From the NCBI GenBank assembly GCA_013239625.1, contig MU053823.1, positions 565,565 through 629,564 of the forward strand: a stretch of DNA of 64,000 nt, written 5' to 3'. The stretch's first letter is position 1. Each line of letters begins with the position of its first letter. The notes beneath the pieces are model-generated. The model saw only the letters and a program-made list of their open reading frames with translations, made no database searches and was not told the origin of the DNA. This DNA comes from Lama guanicoe. Taxonomy: Eukaryota. The position numbers were made by a program, and so were the translations under genes. Below are positions 59,796-64,000 of this stretch, piece after piece.

Positions 59796-60639
59796 GACTG
59801 AGAAAGTATCTAATGAGATCCCTTCATAAAGGATGGAAATACCTCACCCATCTGGAAATGTTTGGAAGACTCACTTAATTTGAATGTAGATTAGAAAAAC
59901 AAAGTAAGGAAAAAAACTTTCTCCCTAAAGTTCAAAGCTTTACTCATAGGAGGGCACAGGTGGCCCCTCTCAGAAAGTACATACTCTCTCTCCTTCTTAA
60001 AATTATTATAAAATATGTGCAGTCAGACTGTAATAATTGTACCTAATAAAACTGAAAAAGGAAAAAAAATTATTATAAAATATTCCAAACATACAAAGCA
60101 AAATGCTAGTATCTGATACAGAGTGCAAGTTGATTATTTGAGTTCCAAATCAACAACGGATTAGAAGAAAATTAGAAGAAAAATCACATGCCCCAGGCAG
60201 GGACCCTAACACACCAATGACAATAAGATAGAAAACAGACAAATTATAAAAAGTGAATGGATTTCTGAAAGAATAAGACATCAGAGAGATAATAGTCCGA
60301 CATTTTGGGCGTGTTGTTCAGGTTGCTTTCATCCTTGGCATCCTTCTTTAAAAAGGATATGACCAGGATGCTGAAGTATCTGGAAATGAGGTCGTGCAGA
60401 GCAGCTGGGGAAACCAGGATTATTTAGCTTAATGAATAAAAGATGTTGGGGAGAACATGGTAATTTTCTTCAAATATTTGATGTGCTTCCAAAAATATGT
60501 ATTTTTCTGTAACCCCAGATGGAAATGGGCATCACATTTATGTGACATTTATAATCGTCTTAAAATGTATTAGAAAGAACTTTCTGGTAATTTAAGCTAG
60601 CCAACATATCATGTGCTGCCTTGAAAGGTGGTAAGGGTC

Positions 60640-61660
60640 TCACTGCTGATTTACCCCCTGATTTCGAGTCATACATCTATAACCTTTCTGATGTCTCCAC
60701 TTGAGTGACCAAAAGGCATCTCAGACTAAGCATAGCCAGAATATAGGTACTGATTTCTCTCCCAAACCCCCAAATCTTTTCCTTCCCTAGTCTTCTCCAT
60801 CCAGTAAAAGTTATCAGCATTTTCCCCTTTGCCAAAGCAAACATGCTAGGAGCTACACAGGATTTCTCTCTTTCCCACACCTCCCACATCTAATCCAACA
60901 GCAAGTATGGGCAGCTTTACCTCCACAATATACCCAGGTGGCCTCCACTCTCCCATCTCCGCGACACCACCCTTGGCAAAACCATCAAAATTTGTCACGT
61001 GATCTACTGCACTAGTCTCTTAGTCTTACTGATTTCATCCCTATTCTTCTATAGCTTTTTTTTTTTGGCAGGGGGAGGGAGGTAATTAGGTTTATTTATT
61101 TATTTTTAGAGGAGGGACTGGGGATTGAATCCAGGACCCTGTGCATGCTAAGCATGCGCTCTACCACTAAGTTATACCCTCCCCCAAACTCACTCTTCAT
61201 AGAGGTTTCAAAACTGTTTTCTGGCCTCTACTTCTGTTTTCTGCCTTATTATCTATCATTACTCCCCTGATTGACTAAACTCAAGCCACGCTAGATTTTT
61301 TTGTCCAGTCCTGTTATATCAAATTCATTTCTGGCACATAAGCTGCCTGGAGATGTCTTCACAAGATCTTCAAATGCCTGATTCCTCCTTGTCATTCAGG
61401 TCTGAGTTCAAAGCCTCCTCCTCCAAGAAGTATCCGTGACCAGGCTCTCTACGTTGTCCCTCTGCGCACCCACCATTTTCACATTTCTCTGTTTTACTTT
61501 TGCTCATAGCTCTTATCACTATCTGGAATTATTTCTTTGGTTATTTTCTGTCCCCATTACAACAGGGACATTTTCTATCAACATTCTTTTGTCCCATATA
61601 CTTAACATCCAGAAGGAGCCTGTACATACTAGATGCTCAATTAGTATTTTGAATAAATGA
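60640..61660. mobile_element. L2 fragments interrupted by a Vic-1-like SINE (61055-61185, -)
   Basis: gatgtctccacttgagtg..ggcatctcagact..ccacatctaatcca..; tgaataaatgaat end; SINE body with A/B boxes. Confidence 0.7.
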
Positions 61661-64000
61661 ATATCCAAATAATAATATAGATGAACTGGATCACTGTTCC
61701 TCAATTTAGTAGGAAAAAAAACAAAAACTGGCTTAGATGATTATACTGCTGAGCACCATTAATATCTCAATGAGATGGGTGACTATGAATTTATCATGGT
61801 ACCATCCTCTGCCAAGTTGTGTTTATTTTTTTCAGCATCCTGGCTACAGTATCAAAGTAGAAACCAATCCTGGGGATTTTTCAGGTGGGTGAAACAGAAG
61901 GACTACTGGGCAAGGGACTCATTCAACCAAGCGATTATCTTTGGAGGGTACAGGAAGTGACATCTCTCTACAGAAGCACCGCTGAAGGTCTTAGGGTGTG
62001 GAGAAGATACTACATCCAGAGAAACAGACCTTTCTCAGCATCTTCAAATTCCAGTCCCATCCTTGTTTTCCTCATTTACCTGATGACCAGACCCCATGTT
62101 TTTTCAGAAAATAGATTTTGCTAATTTTCATTCCTTACCCTCCCCTCCCCTTTAATCCATCCATTCCTTCTAGAATCCTGCCGATTTTAGAAGTTCCCAT
62201 CCTCTCCATCTTATCTCAGCTATGCTTCAGGACACTGTTCCCGTATCATTCCCATTTCCACCTTAAATTTCTCACTCGCTGCTTATCTATCTCTGCTGCC
62301 AATGGGATTCTAAAGTACCCGCATCCCCAGGTACTCTCATCCTTCCTCTCCCTCTGCTTCCCATAAGGTACCCTGTCTTTCACTGTCAAAATCCTCCAAA
62401 GAGCGATCACTTCCTATTTCTGTTTCTTTCCCTTCCATTCCACATCAACATGTTTCAGAATATCTAGTGGTCCCACATAGAGGTTCAGACCTCCCTATGA
62501 AATTACATACCTGCTATTGACAGTAACTTTGGTATGACTGGAATTCTTAATTATTTTATTGAAATAATGATTATCCTCCTATGGCCCAACGCCTGTGAGA
62601 AAGTAGGGTTTCCCTGAAAAAAGTGGGTATTCCCAGATCTAGGGAAAAAAGGAGGGTCCTGAAAGAGAAAACAAGAACTCTTCCACAGGTGTAAGGAAAC
62701 CTGAACTTGGCACCTTGGGCTTGGAGTTTCGATGTGTTTAAGGACCTTCCCAAGAGGCACAAGGCAAAGCTGGCTTCTGACAAATGGAACTAGGCCAAGT
62801 GCTCCTCAGGAAGACAGGTCGGCAGCAAACCACCTCACTTTTAAAAGAGAAAGATCTATTACTCATAACTCTTGTAACATTCTTTCTATCTTCTTTCATC
62901 TTAGTCTTTGGAAAGTCTTGCTACAACATTCCAGGCTTATCTCAGCTGTATTAAGCAGGGGATATGGAGCCAGAATTAAAACAGAAGCATTCTGCTTTCT
63001 TCGAGCTCCTTCCCTTAGGCTACACCAAGATGGTAGTTATAGTCTTTGGCAATAATTTTCAAGGAAAACATGTTTTTTTTGCCTGAAAGTTCAAGCACTC
63101 CCCCCCAAATTCCATTGCATCCTCTCTACTGAAGCTTCAGCTGCAAAAAATATAAATGACCTGATTGCAAACTAGTGACTTCCTCAGCTCTAACCCAACT
63201 CAAGCTCTCTTCCTCATTCACACTGTTAACGAGCTCCCCTAACCTCTCCTGGCATCCCCACCATTCTCGAGGTGGTCTTCCCAACCTTCCTAATACCTAA
63301 TCCTACTTCTTTTTCATTGATTCTTCCTCAGTGACTCTTAAATGTCGGGTTTATCTTTGACCAGATTCTCTGTCTTCTCAGCCTTTCCCACCGAAGAAGG
63401 GGACCTCTACGGCTTTCACTCCAAACATTCTTCTCAATTCCAGACCACATTTACAGTTGCCTGCTGTGAAGCTCCACATGGATATCCTGTAAATATCTCA
63501 AGCTCAACATGCCCAAAATTGATCTTCCAAATATGCCTCTGCTCCTCCTCCTCTAACTGATTTGCCACCACCATGTAGTTTAAATTTGGGGGGGGAAAAT
63601 TGCTGGATTTCCCTCTCCTAAAGTACCAATTTTTATTTCTAGCAATTCTGTAAAGAGTTTGGTCATATCCCCACCAAAACTGAATAGTGGTCATTATTTT
63701 TAATTTGTCTAATCTCGTAGATAAAATATTATATCATTTCTGTGTTGATTATGAGTGAAGCAGTGAAAATGTGCGTACATGTGCCTCATGGGTTTGTTGT
63801 AGTTAATAATCTTTGTGTGACCTGCCTCCTCAGAGAAGATACTCACCATTCCTTCAAAAAAGGCAGTGGTCAAAAGTGTTTAGAATAATCTCATCCTTAT
63901 ATACACGAACACATAATGTACTATGCACAGGGAAAATACAGAGCATTACACTAAATGGTTAACTCTAGTAAGATTATAGAGAGCTTTCACTTTACCTGGT

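Overview
Mammalian genomic DNA, most likely camelid, judged from about 11 copies of a tRNA-derived SINE with the Vic-1-type AAATAAACCTAATTACCTCCCC tail. It covers the NANOG-SLC2A3 locus. NANOG is intact on the + strand (4 coding exons, 2321-7007, 311 aa) with its proximal promoter. SLC2A3/GLUT3 is intact on the - strand (10 coding exons, 31312-21579, 494 aa). Between them are an RPL34 processed pseudogene and an unexplained CpG island (~16.0-16.6 kb, NRF1 site) that looks like a bidirectional promoter. To its right is a decayed single-exon ~168-codon frame with a weak by-eye resemblance to the EID/NSE4 family. To its left is a splice-phase-consistent 3-exon ~230-codon model (two in-frame stops) converging on NANOG. 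These two cryptic units are the most novel candidates and are inferred, not confirmed. Upstream of SLC2A3 are a perfect IR-1 nuclear-receptor element, a duplicated CCACGTGG E-box/HRE, enhancer-like clusters, a candidate alternative coding first exon and a distal CpG island. The rest is LINE/SINE/LTR/DNA-transposon sequence; repeat names and boundaries are by eye and approximate.
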